In this document: positions 26,901 to 40,100 of the stretch, piece after piece
Position numbering within the stretch: the stretch's first letter is position 1
How the letters are laid out: every line of letters starts with the position of its first letter
Assembly: GCA_030141605.1 (NCBI GenBank)
Contig: JAQGDQ010000254.1
Coordinates: 260,213 to 324,212 of the forward strand
Origin: Tubiluchus corallicola
Taxonomy: Eukaryota; Animalia; Priapulida
DNA length: 64,000 nt
Reading direction: 5' to 3'
Notes under the pieces: model-generated
Databases searched by the model: none
What the model saw: the letters and a program-made list of their open reading frames with translations, nothing else
Told to the model about the DNA's origin: nothing
Position numbers and translations under genes: made by a program

Positions 26901-29900
26901 AACTTGAGGATGCGGTCCTCCAACCTGATGATCAAAAAATGGAGGAAAGACAAACGAAGTCAATCACTCCTCAAAAAAGAGGGTGAGCACCTCAGAGTCA
27001 CTCAAGCCGATGTCACAGAATGCAGTTTGACGACTATGCGCGAATTTTTTTGCAGGGTTGTTTTTGTTGTTGTTGCTGCTGATGTTGTTTTTTCCGTTGT
27101 TACTGTTGCCATCACTGTCATCATTGGAAGCAGGGGTAGCAAAGGAGTGTGGGGTGAAATGTAGACAGTGTGGTGCCGCATTGTGGTGTGGTGTGACATC
27201 ATGTAATGCAGTGTGATGTGTTGGGTGTAGTGTGGATGTGCAGGGATGAAAATGACAAATTGCAAAAAATCCTGAAACAGCCCGGGGGGTTTGGGGCCAC
27301 CTAGGCCCCCAATGGGGTTGAAATGGCAATTTTGTGACCATAGAGAGTTTCTAAGTGGACTTAAAATATCAATTACCTTGTTTCATGCATAATTTAAAAT
27401 ACCCAACTATCAAGGATATATGATAGCTAATTGTCTCAAAAAGTACTAGCTGCTCCTATGCAAAAGTATATAAAAACTGTCTGCAATTGACTCAAATAAC
27501 TCCGCACAATTGATTCTATATTTTTATACACAGAGATATACACGTGGGTACACTGATAAACGTGTGTAAACAAAGTGACGGCCTGCCAACTAGCGGTCAG
27601 CTTGTGAAATAATGTACTGGGTCCGTAAAAATTTTGTCAACGAATTTACGCGATTTACAAAAATCACACTACTGGTCTTCCAAAAACTCGGAATTCCGCG
27701 TATCCGCGGAAAATTCTCATCCCAATTCCCATCAAATGGATGTGATGTGGATGTAATGCGATGGTATGGTATGGTGTGGGTTGCTTGGTGTCACTTGCTT
27801 GTGGTTGCAGTTATGGTTTTATGCACAGTTTTTTACAGCGTTTGTCTTGTTATATTAGTATTTTTACATTTGTAAGAACTATACTGTAAAATATAACTTT
27901 GAAATTTAATTCAACGGTTTGTGTGATATCAGCAGAATTTCAACTTGTACACTTGCAGACAAATGAGCCCAAAGTACTCCAACTACTCTGATAGCAAAAG
28001 CTAATTACTGATCAAATAATGTAGGAACAATAACAAAATTTGAAGAACATCTTGACGTTTTGGTTTTATGTAATAATCAGATGGTGCTTTAACAATTGTT
28101 CCTGCATGAGACTGTAGTGCAGTATGACAAAGTACAAATTAAATGATGCCATTCATATCATCCAGTGGTAAAAATGCAAAGCACTGTTCATAAGCACTGA
28201 TAAACAATTTGATAATGGATCATGAGAATGTTTGCATCATGTGGTGCCACAAAGCTATTAAAGGCACAGTACCTTGATTTTGTTTTGTACCTGTGAGCAC
28301 ATTTGCATAAAAATGTATTGGTAATTTGCAGAACAAATTCTAAACTTTTCCAGAATGTTTCACTTTAGCCACATCATTTTGATTTGGAAATACAATTTTT
28401 TTTGTTTAAATGTTAACGGAAAAATCAATTTCATATTGTTGATTTCGATTCACTAAGGAAACAAGCCAGTTTTAACTTAGAAAATACTCATACAGTACTA
28501 ACCCTAAATGATAGCTCAAGGTCGTCATTAGTGTGGTCTTCTATATGAGAAAGAGTAATTTCCCAGAAGCGTCTCCGACTGATTGCAAAAACACCTTCTG
28601 AATCTGAAGGTGACCTAGTAATAATTAACACACATACTTCATCAACGAAGAAACGACGACTTACAAAGTTACACAACACTGCAATAAAATAGCTGCACAA
28701 CAATTAAAAACAGTTAGCAATCCGACTGGGCATTAGTACAGAAATTATAAGAACAGAAAATTTTGAAATAATCCACATAGTCGATTGTCACAAATTGTCA
28801 CAAAGATAAACATATGATGAAGACAATGTTATTAATTGAGCAATTTGAAACTATAACTTTACCTAGCATGCTAAAATCAAAATAAAATATATGCAGCATT
28901 AATTGGATCATTTGTGAAGAAACAACATTTGAAAATTAGGAAAACTTAAAAATTGGGAAAACCAGAAAGTAAAAAGTGCCAGCTGGAGTGCACCTACTGT
29001 GCAAAATTACAAAAAAATGTATCCTGCTTAACCACTTTCTATGCAAATCAAATTTCAACTAATGACAATTCATTAATTACCAATATAGATGTTACCAGTA
29101 ACTACTTACAACTTGTCAAAATTCTGTTTTTGGACTAAATGAGGCCTCCAAGATACATGTTCACGCCACGTAAATTTGCCAAAAGGCTCCGGACCACGCT
29201 GATGATATCCCAATGTGAAATAATCAATTCCATCAATCCATGGCACAGCAATATTATTTGGTTCATACTTTACTCTCTGAAGTAAGGGTTTCAACCTAAA
29301 AACAATTCGGAAAATCGGGAGTCATAATGAAATTAATGGCAATTCAGAAAATTTGATACATTTGCTCATTGTGATCAACTGAAAATCAAACTTGCTGACT
29401 TTCTAGCAGAGAAAGAACTTGAAGTCATTCCAATAATATTAACGCAACTCTCCCCAGTCAGCTGGGCTGGCTACTAAAATGAATGAAAGAATAAAGTTAT
29501 TTCATCAACATAAGCAGCAGTGGTACAGCTACTAGGGGAGCAATATCTCCTCCGAGCACATTTTTAAAACTGGCTCCTTTTCAACAATAGAGACATTACA
29601 TTATTTGACCAAACTGCCTCCTGTATTTTTGAAATGAGCGTGCATTTAAGCACTCATTTGTCAAAATTGACTGATTGAACCAAGGATCAAATTTACCCAA
29701 ACCTTATTATTATAATATATTCTAGTCACACAAATGTACCAATGATGGTGCAGCACCTGAAAAAGCTGATCGCGGGTAAAAACAGGAATTTTTGAATATA
29801 AAATTTGTATTTAGGCAATCATGAAGCATATTGCTTCAAAATTCTTGATGAAATTAATTTAACAAGTCACAGCAAATGTTCTGAACATGTTGTTTTACAG

Positions 29901-31823
29901 TTTTGTGTCCCTTTAAATTTTTTCGGCCCAAACAATAAAACTTGAGAAGTCTATTTGATCATGTTCATTTTGATAATCAGTACAATTTGCTTGAATAAAT
30001 AAATTTGTCACCACTGATGTCCAGCTTCACAGTGTGATTCTAGAAAAACAAGAACATCTCCAGTCGCAGCTTCTGCGCCCGCACTACGTGCTCCCGCAAT
30101 CCCTCGACGCCATTTTAAGTGAATTACACGAACATTGCGAAAATGGCTCGTCACATAGCGGTCTAGTTTTTCACCCATTTCCTCTGAAATCAACTGCAGT
30201 GCATATTTTCTACGACTCTTCTTTTAGGAGTAATTCACAGTAGTTTTCATATCAAATTAGGCATAAAACCCTGGTACCAAATACACTGTTTCATATTGAG
30301 AACATTCTCTTCCTTTAGGGGTAATTCACAGTAATTTTTATATCAAATTAGCCAGGAAACCCTGGTACCAAATACACTGTTTCACAGTGAGAAGGTAATA
30401 TTCTAACGTGATGTTGCCAAAGAATGGTCATACACTTGGTAATGATAATTATATGTACATATACACTATCAATGAAGAAGCCACAGACCCGCACATTATA
30501 AATTTAAAATCTTTGATATAAACTATGTATTACAACCAAGTATTTTATGCCATTTGAAATGTGCTTTGTGTTAAAAGAAAAATGAAAAGCAGTTTAATTA
30601 AACCTAATTCCAATTACTCTAATTTCAGAAAACAAGCCTACTAAATATGTTCTACTAGAATTACTATCTTTCCAGAAGTTTCAGTGCTTCTCTTTACAAC
30701 ATCTTTTATTGATTAAGTAAAAATTTGAATTAGTCGCTGTAATTATAGTAATTATATAAAGTTTAAAAAATTGAGGTTTTTACCTTTATCACTTAAATCA
30801 TCTACTAACAATATCTCTCTCAGCAAAAGAGCAGGTGAACGTTTAACAACAGTCCATAGTGTTCTCATTAATGTGGACCATTCTTCATTATGGAACGGAA
30901 TTATAACACTAGCCGTCGGTAGATCAGTGTCATACTCTATTTGTGCACATCTAAGGTAAAAATAAACAATGTGATGAACTTAGACAACCTGGAATTACTA
31001 ACTTAATAGAATTTGCCAATTAAGTTTTAATAATTATAATTATAAAGAAAATCTTAGCCTCCAAAACTAGGCATGAATTTAAGTATAAAAAGAAATGAGA
31101 AAACCAAACGAAGCAATAAGTATAGCTGTGAAATGCCTGCCTCAGCAAATTACAACAGAAATAAAAACAAAACAGACCTATTATAGATATTAAAGCTGCA
31201 AGCTAAAAATAATCACAGAAAAGTGATATAATAAGTTGCAAACTGACAAAAAGTAAGAATAGACTGATACATTGTTGGTGTTCTCTCAGACTTTGGTAAA
31301 AAAAATTAATATAACTGTCTACTGCACAATAAGTTTCTTCTAAAATTAAGAGAATGAAGTTATGTTTTTTTAGGAACTATACTGTCAGCTAATCAAAATA
31401 TGTTTGATCATTGATTTTAGAAGACACTGTGGATTTATATCATCACAGAACAAAGTTTAATATCAATATTAATAATCGTTACCTTGGATCACGATTATCC
31501 GGGATAGATCGAACGTAGGAAATATTGTTGCTGACATAAACATTTAACATCTGTCTCCTGATTAACTTTAACTTGGACAATTCATCGTCCCTATGCAAAT
31601 ACACTGGTTCACCATTTTCACCAACACGGTGTGGTGGTCCATCCACTGATTTCAAAACCTCGACATGATTGCCTGCACTTTTGGGGTTAACCATGGAAAC
31701 ATCAACATATGGCCAGTATCTGATTGCAAAACTGAACAGCACAGCATACATGCAGGCTAGAAGAATACAGGCTCTTCCAACAAGCACCCAATCCTTACTA
31801 AACTGCAGACTTTTTGCAGACAT
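20933..31823 (-). CDS. Gene C: divergent GALNT-like protein, closest paralog of B, probably catalytically inactive, 10 coding exons, about 557 aa, intact frame
   Basis: Exons (GT-AG, 1674 nt): 31483-31823, 30784-30950, 30012-30183, 29110-29295, 28503-28614, 25787-25975, 24875-25009, 22248-22352, 21219-21356, 20933-21061. First in-frame ATG is MSAKSL at 31823 (the ORF-track start at 31868 is TTG). Contains [31 protein letters not shown] and CSHVGHVTH. Confidence 0.9.
21494..22180. mobile_element. Tc1/pogo-type MITE in gene C intron 8, same family as 6976-7800, inverted
   Basis: TA-CTGTCAAACC...GGTTTGACTG-TA; internal sequence is the diverged reverse complement of 6976-7800; empty site visible in gene B near 37700. 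Confidence 0.85.
22780..23895 (+). repeat. Pair of diverged ~250-bp direct repeats (about 22780-23030 and 23620-23895), possibly LTR/TRIM remnant, in gene C intron 7
   Basis: Shared blocks AGCCAGTAT.AAA, AGTTAAA...CTGTTTCA, TGCTGGTA..AAACCAA, GGCAGTCTG.CTTTGT.G.TGAGGTA. Confidence 0.5.
24103..24490. repeat. (CA)n/(CACG)n microsatellite followed by a minisatellite with core TTAAAAGCTGGATTCTGGCTTGCAGTGCAC (about 7-8 imperfect units of 30-42 bp)
   Basis: Repeat units directly visible from about 24230 to 24490; explains the LQARIQLL repeat ORF 24079-24348. Confidence 0.9.
30215..30390. repeat. Local tandem duplication, two ~87-bp units, in gene C intron 2
   Basis: TAATTCACAGTA.TTTT.ATATCAAATTAG...AAACCCTGGTACCAAATACACTGTTTCA occurs twice. 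Confidence 0.85.
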
Positions 31824-32789
31824 AATCTGCTCTTCCCTCAACAGGTATGGCAGTAGGTTAATGTACAACTTGTATCAGCTAAAGCAAATATAAGAACTGC
31901 CTCAAATAAAAGTACTTAAGATCAAAATTCTGCTTTTCGTAATACACTGTATTTAAAAAATAATATGTTACATAATGGAGAAGCAAATACATTGTAATTC
32001 GATAAGAAATAAAAAAATTATAATCTACTCCTCAAAGGAGAAAACACTTTCTTACCTTGCATTTCAAATGATCTTATAATCAGATGGATACACCAGGTCT
32101 ACCCCGATAATAATCCATCTTTTTCTGATGTTATCTTTTTTCAACTTCCCATTCCATCGTAATAACTTTCTGAAAATCAAGCCTAACAAATTTACAACCA
32201 ATATGCTTTACTTCTTTCCAACTGTATTTACTAATTATAGTAATAATTATTGCTATGCTATGCAGGCAAACATTGAATTTTAGAAGTTGGTTCATGATAA
32301 AAACAGCAACTGCTTGTTTTATTTAGATAAAAATAAAAAAAATTAGCAGTAAATTCTGGCTTATACATTGAAACCCTGGTGTAAAAGCCCCACTGTTTTG
32401 ATTCTAAGGCACAGCTGACAGTAACAACTCATGTGGCAGGTGACAGTAGGTGTCACAGGAGTGTGTTTTGAAGGCTACGATATACATCTTCGAGTGTCAG
32501 ATGACGCTTGTAGCTGAAGCTGGCAATTTTGTAAAGAAAGGCATGAGTTAAATGTACGTTTAAGTAAACACCAATGATTGTCATTTATAATAAAAAAGAA
32601 AAACAACTGGGAAACAGAATATTTTGGAAAAGTGAGGTCTATAAAATAGGGTCGTAATGTAAATTCAATAAGAACAAAAGATAAACAAAAGTGAGCAATT
32701 GGTTACAATTAGATTATATTAGACTATCAAGCTTATCAATCTTGTATGTTCATGCTTTTGTAGTTTATCGACCGTTGCTTTAAGAGAAT

Positions 32790-33170
32790 TGTTTTTAATT
32801 TTACGTCTAACAATAATCATGTTTTGCCGTATGCAGGTCGCTTTTAAAACCATCAAACATAGCTGAAATAAGTTTTCTGAGGTTGGGTGATGGCATCCAT
32901 TCCATGGTCAATTTTTGAAACTTTTGCACTTAACATAGATTGAGTCTGTTTGATTGACCCCAACTCCCTCTTAATCTTCGTCACTTTGGTATCTGAAACT
33001 GTCATTTTTTTATTTTTGTGCAATAACCTCACAATCTCACTGTCGTTGTCACCATCAGTTTTACTCATACTCGTACTATCTAAACTCTTATCATCATTAC
33101 CTTTAAGGGTAGCTGTAGCTAAGCTGACGGGAGCCGTCATGAAGTCTGGAAGAATGCCTTGTAGAAACAC
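32790..33170 (-). mobile_element. Possible LINE ORF1 (coiled-coil) remnant
   Basis: Heptad-like VTKIKRELGSIKQTQSMLSAKVSKID followed by an out-of-frame RQNMII resembling the RxNNxxI motif; no splice context. Confidence 0.35.
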
Positions 33171-33699
33171 GCACTTCAGAGCTGCATTCGTTAGAAAAAA
33201 TTGACTTTTTTACTTAAATTTGTCACCAATTGGAGACATAATACTTTAAAATAAAATTTAGATCAAGATGGTTGCTTAGAATATCAAACTTCATCGAATT
33301 TTTTATAGGTATGATTATAACTGACCTACAATGCATGCATATGCAAAAAACCTAATACCATATCCAAAGAAATAAGGACCTAGATGGTAACTATCTGTAA
33401 ACGGTCTTCTCTCAAATACATTTTGAAACTATTGAATTATGAAGCACTGATGATTTATGATAAAAGATGACTTCACGGCTGAAATACGCGATGCCCAAAG
33501 GTGTGTGATCTGATGTTACCGTGGATACACACAATCCTCTTCACCAAAACGGCAAGCAAACTGACATCAATAAAAAGTGCCAGTTTGCAAGATCAAAAAA
33601 CACATATTTTGTTCACTTTGTACTTGCATAAATTTCTCCTTTTCCACCAATCAACAATAATTACTGTTACTGTTTTTCGTCTTTCATTACAGTTTTAGC

Positions 33700-34950
33700 T
33701 GCGAGAGCTCTGTGACATACAATGAAACTTTTCTTAATTTATCTACATGGTATCACTAATATCTTGCACAGATATTCTCCATTTATTAATATATATTGAC
33801 CTACATTCAAACATATGTTCTGTAATATCATCTGGAAAATGACAATGAACATTTCAAATCTTCTTTAAACGAGTTTTTAAAATTTGCTTTTACCTTATAG
33901 TCATAATTTCTTTCATCTCCCCTAAACAGCATTTTAACACATAGCCTTGCTTTTGAAAACTGTTGTTTTTTAGAGATCTTAATTTTTTTATGTTCTCTGC
34001 TTTAATTTTAATTTCATTTTTGATAAACAAATTAATTCATTTTTTACGTACTTCTTCCATTTAGACTTTTTGACTTAATTTATATTAACTACATTTAGGT
34101 CAATTTTGTATTTCAGAATATCAATTTTATAATATCATTTTTTTATATTCAATTCTACATAACAGAAGCCCTGTCTGCGTTTCAGCTAGCATGCCCCAAT
34201 ATGGCGTACTGTTTTTTCAGCACAAAATTTTTGCTAACATCTCTCTGAATATTCTCAAACATACCTACTTTTCTTTGAGTGAGGTTAGTCCAAGTCTCAC
34301 TATTATTTGTTAAAAATGGAACAACCATATTTTCGCATAACATTAAATGTGCTTCTGTTACAGAAGAACCTACTTTTGTTTTACTACCAATAGCCAACAC
34401 CTCAGATATTACAAATTTCATTTTCTCTCTCCTTTTTTCAAACATCAGATGATATTTATTTTTAGTGTTAAGCCAGTCTCCCCGATATTTATATTCGTTT
34501 GTTTTTTTATTTGTCCATTTTTTACATTCAGTACTAACTGTTTTGTATTTTTTATCATATTACTAGTATTAGTCACCATATACTGTCTTTTTAAATTAAA
34601 TGACAGCATTTTTTAGTTTCTATTTCTATAAAATTCTCGACAGCTTTGCTTAACGTTTTCGGGCTGCCAGCAGAAAAAAACGTCGTCTACATATAACAGT
34701 GTACCTACATATTGCTGTTGATGTTCCTTCTAGCTGGTTGCACAAATAACTTAGACTCATGACCACGAAGAACTCTATGAGGCCCGGAAAAGTCTGTCTC
34801 TGTCAGAACAGTATTTCTACTAATTATTCTGGAGCAGTTCACATTCTGGTCTACAGTTTCACGCCTTTGCTCCAGAATAAAATTCGAAGTGGGATCCAAA
34901 TCAATAGCAAGAAGATTATATCTATCCTGGGTCCTTTGAGAGCATTCTTG
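33700..34950 (-). mobile_element. Decayed non-LTR retrotransposon reverse transcriptase and C-terminal fragment
   Basis: TLLYVDDV at about 34680-34705, VVPFLTNNSETWT, and C-terminal CHFPDDITEHMFEC zinc-knuckle-like motif near 33800-33845; frameshifted. Edges approximate. Confidence 0.75.
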
Positions 34951-35825
34951 AAAGTAGCACTAATTAGTTCAGTAGTATTAATAAATTTACAAAAAAGTAA
35001 GAACATAATACTTACACGACAAGGAATTTTCTAATTTAATGCAGCTTCTTCGTCACACATGACACGTGCAATTCTAAGTTTGAAAATCGAAAAATTTATT
35101 AATAGGTAAGAGGATAGAACTTCGTTGGCATGTAAGCGCTTCCCAGCGACCAACTCGCCGAACTAAACGTAACAGCTAACATGAGCCAGACAATCAGCAT
35201 TCAGCAGATATACGACACAATCGAGTTCTCTACAAAACTCGACACAGCACTTTTGAACTCGTGTGTTAATTCACAGTAGGTAGAGTGTGCTTTGACCAAT
35301 GAGAACAGTTTCCTATCACTTCGTTTGTTTATTGTTGACGACTTGGCTAGATAATTGTTTTCACACCACTGAATATCGGAAAAGATACAAAAATAACACG
35401 ATAGACTGACAAATTATCACAACTAACTAGTTCGTCAAAATGGCAAAATACATTTAAGCCTAACTTGTCAAAAACAATAGTTGAATTTAGAGAACATTAT
35501 GTGTGGTTCTTTACGACGGCCCAGGTGTCTTGCTTTGTTTAATAAAGATTTCGTCTAATCATAGACGATTCTCTGCAATTTAAAGCACACGTAAATAACA
35601 AGTAATATTACTACGATGTGGTAATCAGTTGTTTAAACTCATCTGCAATAGCATTTAATTTCGATATGTACCTATAGCACAGGTATTAAATCTTATTTAG
35701 AGAAATACACATTCAAGTGTTGAAATCTTTGCTTTCTAAAAGACAAAAGCATTATATAGCATATTTAAGAGAGGGGTATTAAAAAGACCTCAGACCTACG
35801 CAAATGGCAGCGAGCCCTTATATTG

Positions 35826-35935
35826 CTCCTGCTATGTGTGTATTTTTCCTGCTGTTGTGAATACGAAGGGTTGTTACCAATCCTGCTATGTGTATATTGT
35901 TCCTACTGTTTTGAATACGAAGGATTGTTACCAAT
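35826..35935. repeat. Tandem duplication, two ~54-bp units
   Basis: TCCTGCTATGTGT.TATT.TTCCT.CTGTT.TGAATACGAAGG.TTGTTACCAA occurs twice. Confidence 0.85.
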
Positions 35936-36139
35936 GTTATGTAGCAAAAGCAAAAGCTTCTAGCAAGCTATAGTGATCAAATGAATAAAAAATGATCTGG
36001 ATCTTGCAAATGCTCATCAGTAATGATGAATGCTACATGTGAAGTGCCTCTTTGTTATAAAATTTAAAACTCATTCAGTGGTATTTAACAGTGACAGCAT
36101 CTGTAGGCAGATGTAAGTCCTAAATTTATGAGTTTACTG

Positions 36140-36710
36140 TTGAATCATGAAGATAAATCATAAGTTCCATCACTAATGATTAGTAGTACAGTACAGTATT
36201 ATTGCGGTACAAATATAAAAAAATACGTACATATTCAGTAATAAAATAATTATTATTAGCTTCATAAAGTTTAACAATAGCGATATATACATACTATAGA
36301 CAGTACCGGTCCTTTTCAGACTAGTTTGCGCACTAATTCCTTTACGTACTTTACCAAGCCAGTGGTTATTGCTTACCTCTAGCAAAATCTGTATATTTTG
36401 ATATTTTAATCACAGCGTGCAAAGGGTACTGTATACAGAGTACTGTAATAACAGTCTGACAGATTCAATAACAGTTTGAAATTTATCATACCAATGCAGT
36501 GTATAGATTTAGTGAATTAATGTAAAGTATAGAAATTTCAATTTTAGAAAAAACACTTACTAAAATTCCTGTATTAAAAACAAGTATTACTAAACCTGTG
36601 GGTTGTGAAGACATAAAAAGAAAGATAAAAGAGAACAAGGTAGGGGTGGAGAGGGAGAGAGAGATAAGGGAATGCAGGAGAGAGGGGGAGGAGGAGAGGG
36701 AGAGGGAGAA
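36140..36710 (-). repeat. Decayed duplicate of gene B intron-9 end, exon 10 remnant and 3' UTR
   Basis: 36142-36510 aligns by eye with 36712-37090, and 36568-36640 with 37225-37300 (CCTG.ATTAAAAA..AGTATTA.TAAACCTG...AAGACATAAAAA). Confidence 0.75.
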
Positions 36711-37102
36711 AGAATCATGCAGATAAATCATAAATTCCATCACTAAAGTTTAATAATACTGTACAATATTATTACACACAATTATAAAAAACATATGTAC
36801 ATATTCAATAATAAAGTAATTATATTAATTTTATAAAGTCTAACATAGCCAATAATAATTATTACAACAAAACTGAGTAAAATTGGTCGCAATACGTATG
36901 CACTATACACAGTAACATCCTTTTCAGACTAGTTTGCACGCTAATAATTCCTACATATACATTTCAACAAGCCAGTTGTTATTACTTATACATATCCTCT
37001 TAATCAGAAAGTACAAAATGCCAATAGAACACAGTAACTACAATAACAGTCTGAAATTTAATTATGCCAATAAAATTTATCGATTTAGTGAAGCACGGGA
37101 AT

Positions 37103-40100
37103 TCATGCAACACTTTGAAAGTCCCATTCTTGAGACTTAGTGCGATTGCACGTTTTTATGTCCAAATGTCCGTGAGAGTTATCATTTAGACACTTTTTGG
37201 TAGAGCTATGAACAATGGTACCATCCTGAATTAAAAAAACGAGTATTAGTAAACCTGCAAATTATAAAGACATAAAAAAACAAAAAAGAAAGACACAAAA
37301 GAGAAAATGGGAGAAAGAGAGAGAGAGAGAGATACCAAACACGAAAGACAGGAAAAATGAAAAAGTGGGAATCCTGTCTTTCAAGTTTGGTAGGAAAATT
37401 TAATGAATGAATTGTGGGGTTGTACAAGTATCAATACTCTTCATATTAAGATTAAAATAATTAGTATAGTTACTTACTTGGTTAAATGACCAGGCTTGAC
37501 TACCCTTATCAAATTTACATTCGGCCAACCTCACAGTAGTGTCATTCTTTCCAAAGACATCAAAACAAAAATCTCTTCCGAAGCGAATTTCCCCATTGGT
37601 GCTAATAGTGAATACCTGAAATTTGTAAATCACTGGCATGAAAAATAAAATTTGTTATGTAAGAAAAATTGCGACCACTGTTAGTTGCATTGTTTCACTC
37701 TACATGCTACAAGATCTTTTGGTATTATGCCCTGTAGTTTTATCAGTATAGTATAATACAGTTATAACGAGACTCTGGTAATTCTAAGTGAAACGTTAGG
37801 CTCAGCACTTAGAAGCAATGCATTAAAAATATGGTTATGTCTAATGATTATGGAAGAATGTTCTTTAACTGTTTCTACATCTTTTGGGAAATGTGCTAAA
37901 CATATAAACTTTATACCACTTTGTAGATTTTTTCAAGCCCCACACTTCCCATTAGATTTATTTATAATGTTAATTGTCATCTGTGTACAATAGTCTAAAC
38001 TAAAGTATAAGCAAAAAATCTAATTTGTGAAATCTGTCTGCACTGCAGTGAAATTCACAGCACATGGATTTGAAGTTTCAATTAATTTCTTTGCTGCATT
38101 GAAACACCTAACATACTCAAAATCGAAAAAAAAATAAAAAGCAGTATGTGCATTATGCAGAAGTTGAGTACTAGCTATACTTTTCTATAGTAAACAAGAA
38201 ATGACTTTATTGGGCATAATGCAAAATATAACGCTAGACTCTTTACTCATATTATTGCAACACGGAAAATCCTTTCACCTTATTTGTTCGTTCAGTGATT
38301 AGTTCATTCAATGATTTTACAATGTGACTCACATCAGCTACAATGATATACAGTTACAGGCGTTGTCAGACACACTTCTGCATTTACTTAGGATGGGATA
38401 TGCCATCTGACAGCTTTTCAACCAAGACAATAAGTACAGCACATGCTGTCAGATAGCTTTTAAGTGTTAAATAATGTATTTAAATCTTGCTTACCACGAG
38501 CTTTTTATTATCCCTGCATACAATGAGTACACGTTTTAGTAACACACAATCAAATCATGTAGCACAGCAAAACAAATTATTGACATTTATAATAACCGAT
38601 AAAGTCAATGTTAATATGGTATCAGTGAGCATTATGATCAGATGACCAATATATGGTATCCAGAGGTGATGTGACAGAGATAAGCACGGAGGCGAAACAG
38701 CCAAAATAGTCTCATTTAAAATGCTGTTTTTGGTTAGATAGGTAAAACAGGTTTAAGAGTGCTACAGCAAATGTGACAAGTAATCTGATTACAAGATTAA
38801 GTAAAGTACATGTAACTGCATAATACCAGCATTACTCGTCACAGCCTAATCTGTCTACGTTATTGCCTTCAATTCTACGTTTAAAGAATTGAATTTCACT
38901 ATAAAGAGACTTGATTAAGCGACAAATTCTGATTATCCCCTGAACCCATTACAAGCAGATTACTCTGTACGATGATATTTATATATTACTGGCAAGAACA
39001 GCTAGTTACAAGTATTTACAACTTACCTGCATTTCACTGTTAGACTGACAACCGTAAAAACCAAGAGGTTCGTGTTTTCGTGAATCTCTCATTAATGTGT
39101 CAATACAGTTATGGGAAGCCTTGTTAACAAACTGTAAAAGCAAAGCTGCATTGATGCTAGCCATAAGCTAAACTGAGTTTCAAAATAGACAAAAATAGCA
39201 AAAAATGAAAGCTAATTTAATAGTTAAGACGATAATAATAATAGTAATAACTGCAATGATTATGATGATGATAATCACAAAGTATTAGGTAAAGTTGAGA
39301 AACTGTAACAGCAAATTGAGGATCAGGTTTAATAGTAACAGCATTACTATTTCACTGTGTATTACTTTGAAATGTTAAATTTTAATTTTGTTCAACTGCA
39401 GAATACATGTAACATATGAAAAAAGAATATTTTTGCGTGGTAAAACAAAGCAGTACCAATGTTCAAGGAGAAATCAAGGCTTAAAACAAACTGATGCCGA
39501 AATGTTGCCAGCATTGTTGATTTCAGTCTTAGATGTTGACTTATTTAACTGCTCAAGAGACCGCATCTCCGTACAAATTTTGATTTTGATTAAATCTGCA
39601 CACTAATTCTGAATGACAAAAAAAGTGACAATCAATTACAAAGTCTCACAATTAAAAACAGTGAAAAGAAAGAAAAAATGACACCAATGTATTTTGAAAA
39701 CGTCATGTTCTTTCTTTCTTTTTTCTTATTTTTAACTTTTTTAATTCGTTGTTTTACCTTTCCACGTTTCTCAACAGTTTCTTCCAGCAGAGACTCTTGA
39801 GGAAAAATTTTGTCGAGGTACCAGTGGAAATATTCACAGTGCAGCTTCTGTTTTAGGGTTTTTCTGGTATATATTTCACCAAGTCGTATATCCTGCAAGA
39901 AAAGGATTGCACAGACAGTGTCAAGCCGTACATTACATTTAGTTTTTCTCTAATCTTGAGAATGCAAAATGATACTTTCTTAGTTATACTATTCATTACG
40001 TTTTCCAAACTTCAAGACTACTAGATGTATGCAAAGTAAGAATGAGTCACTACTTTCTATTAAATTTTCATATTTTATTCTATAATTGCCAGTTGAAAGA

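Noticed and set aside
26904-27875. Overlapping His/Asn/Thr-rich ORFs in gene C intron 5
   Set aside because: They derive from low-complexity (GTT)n and (GTGTG/GATGT)n tracts and repeat fragments, with no recognisable domain.
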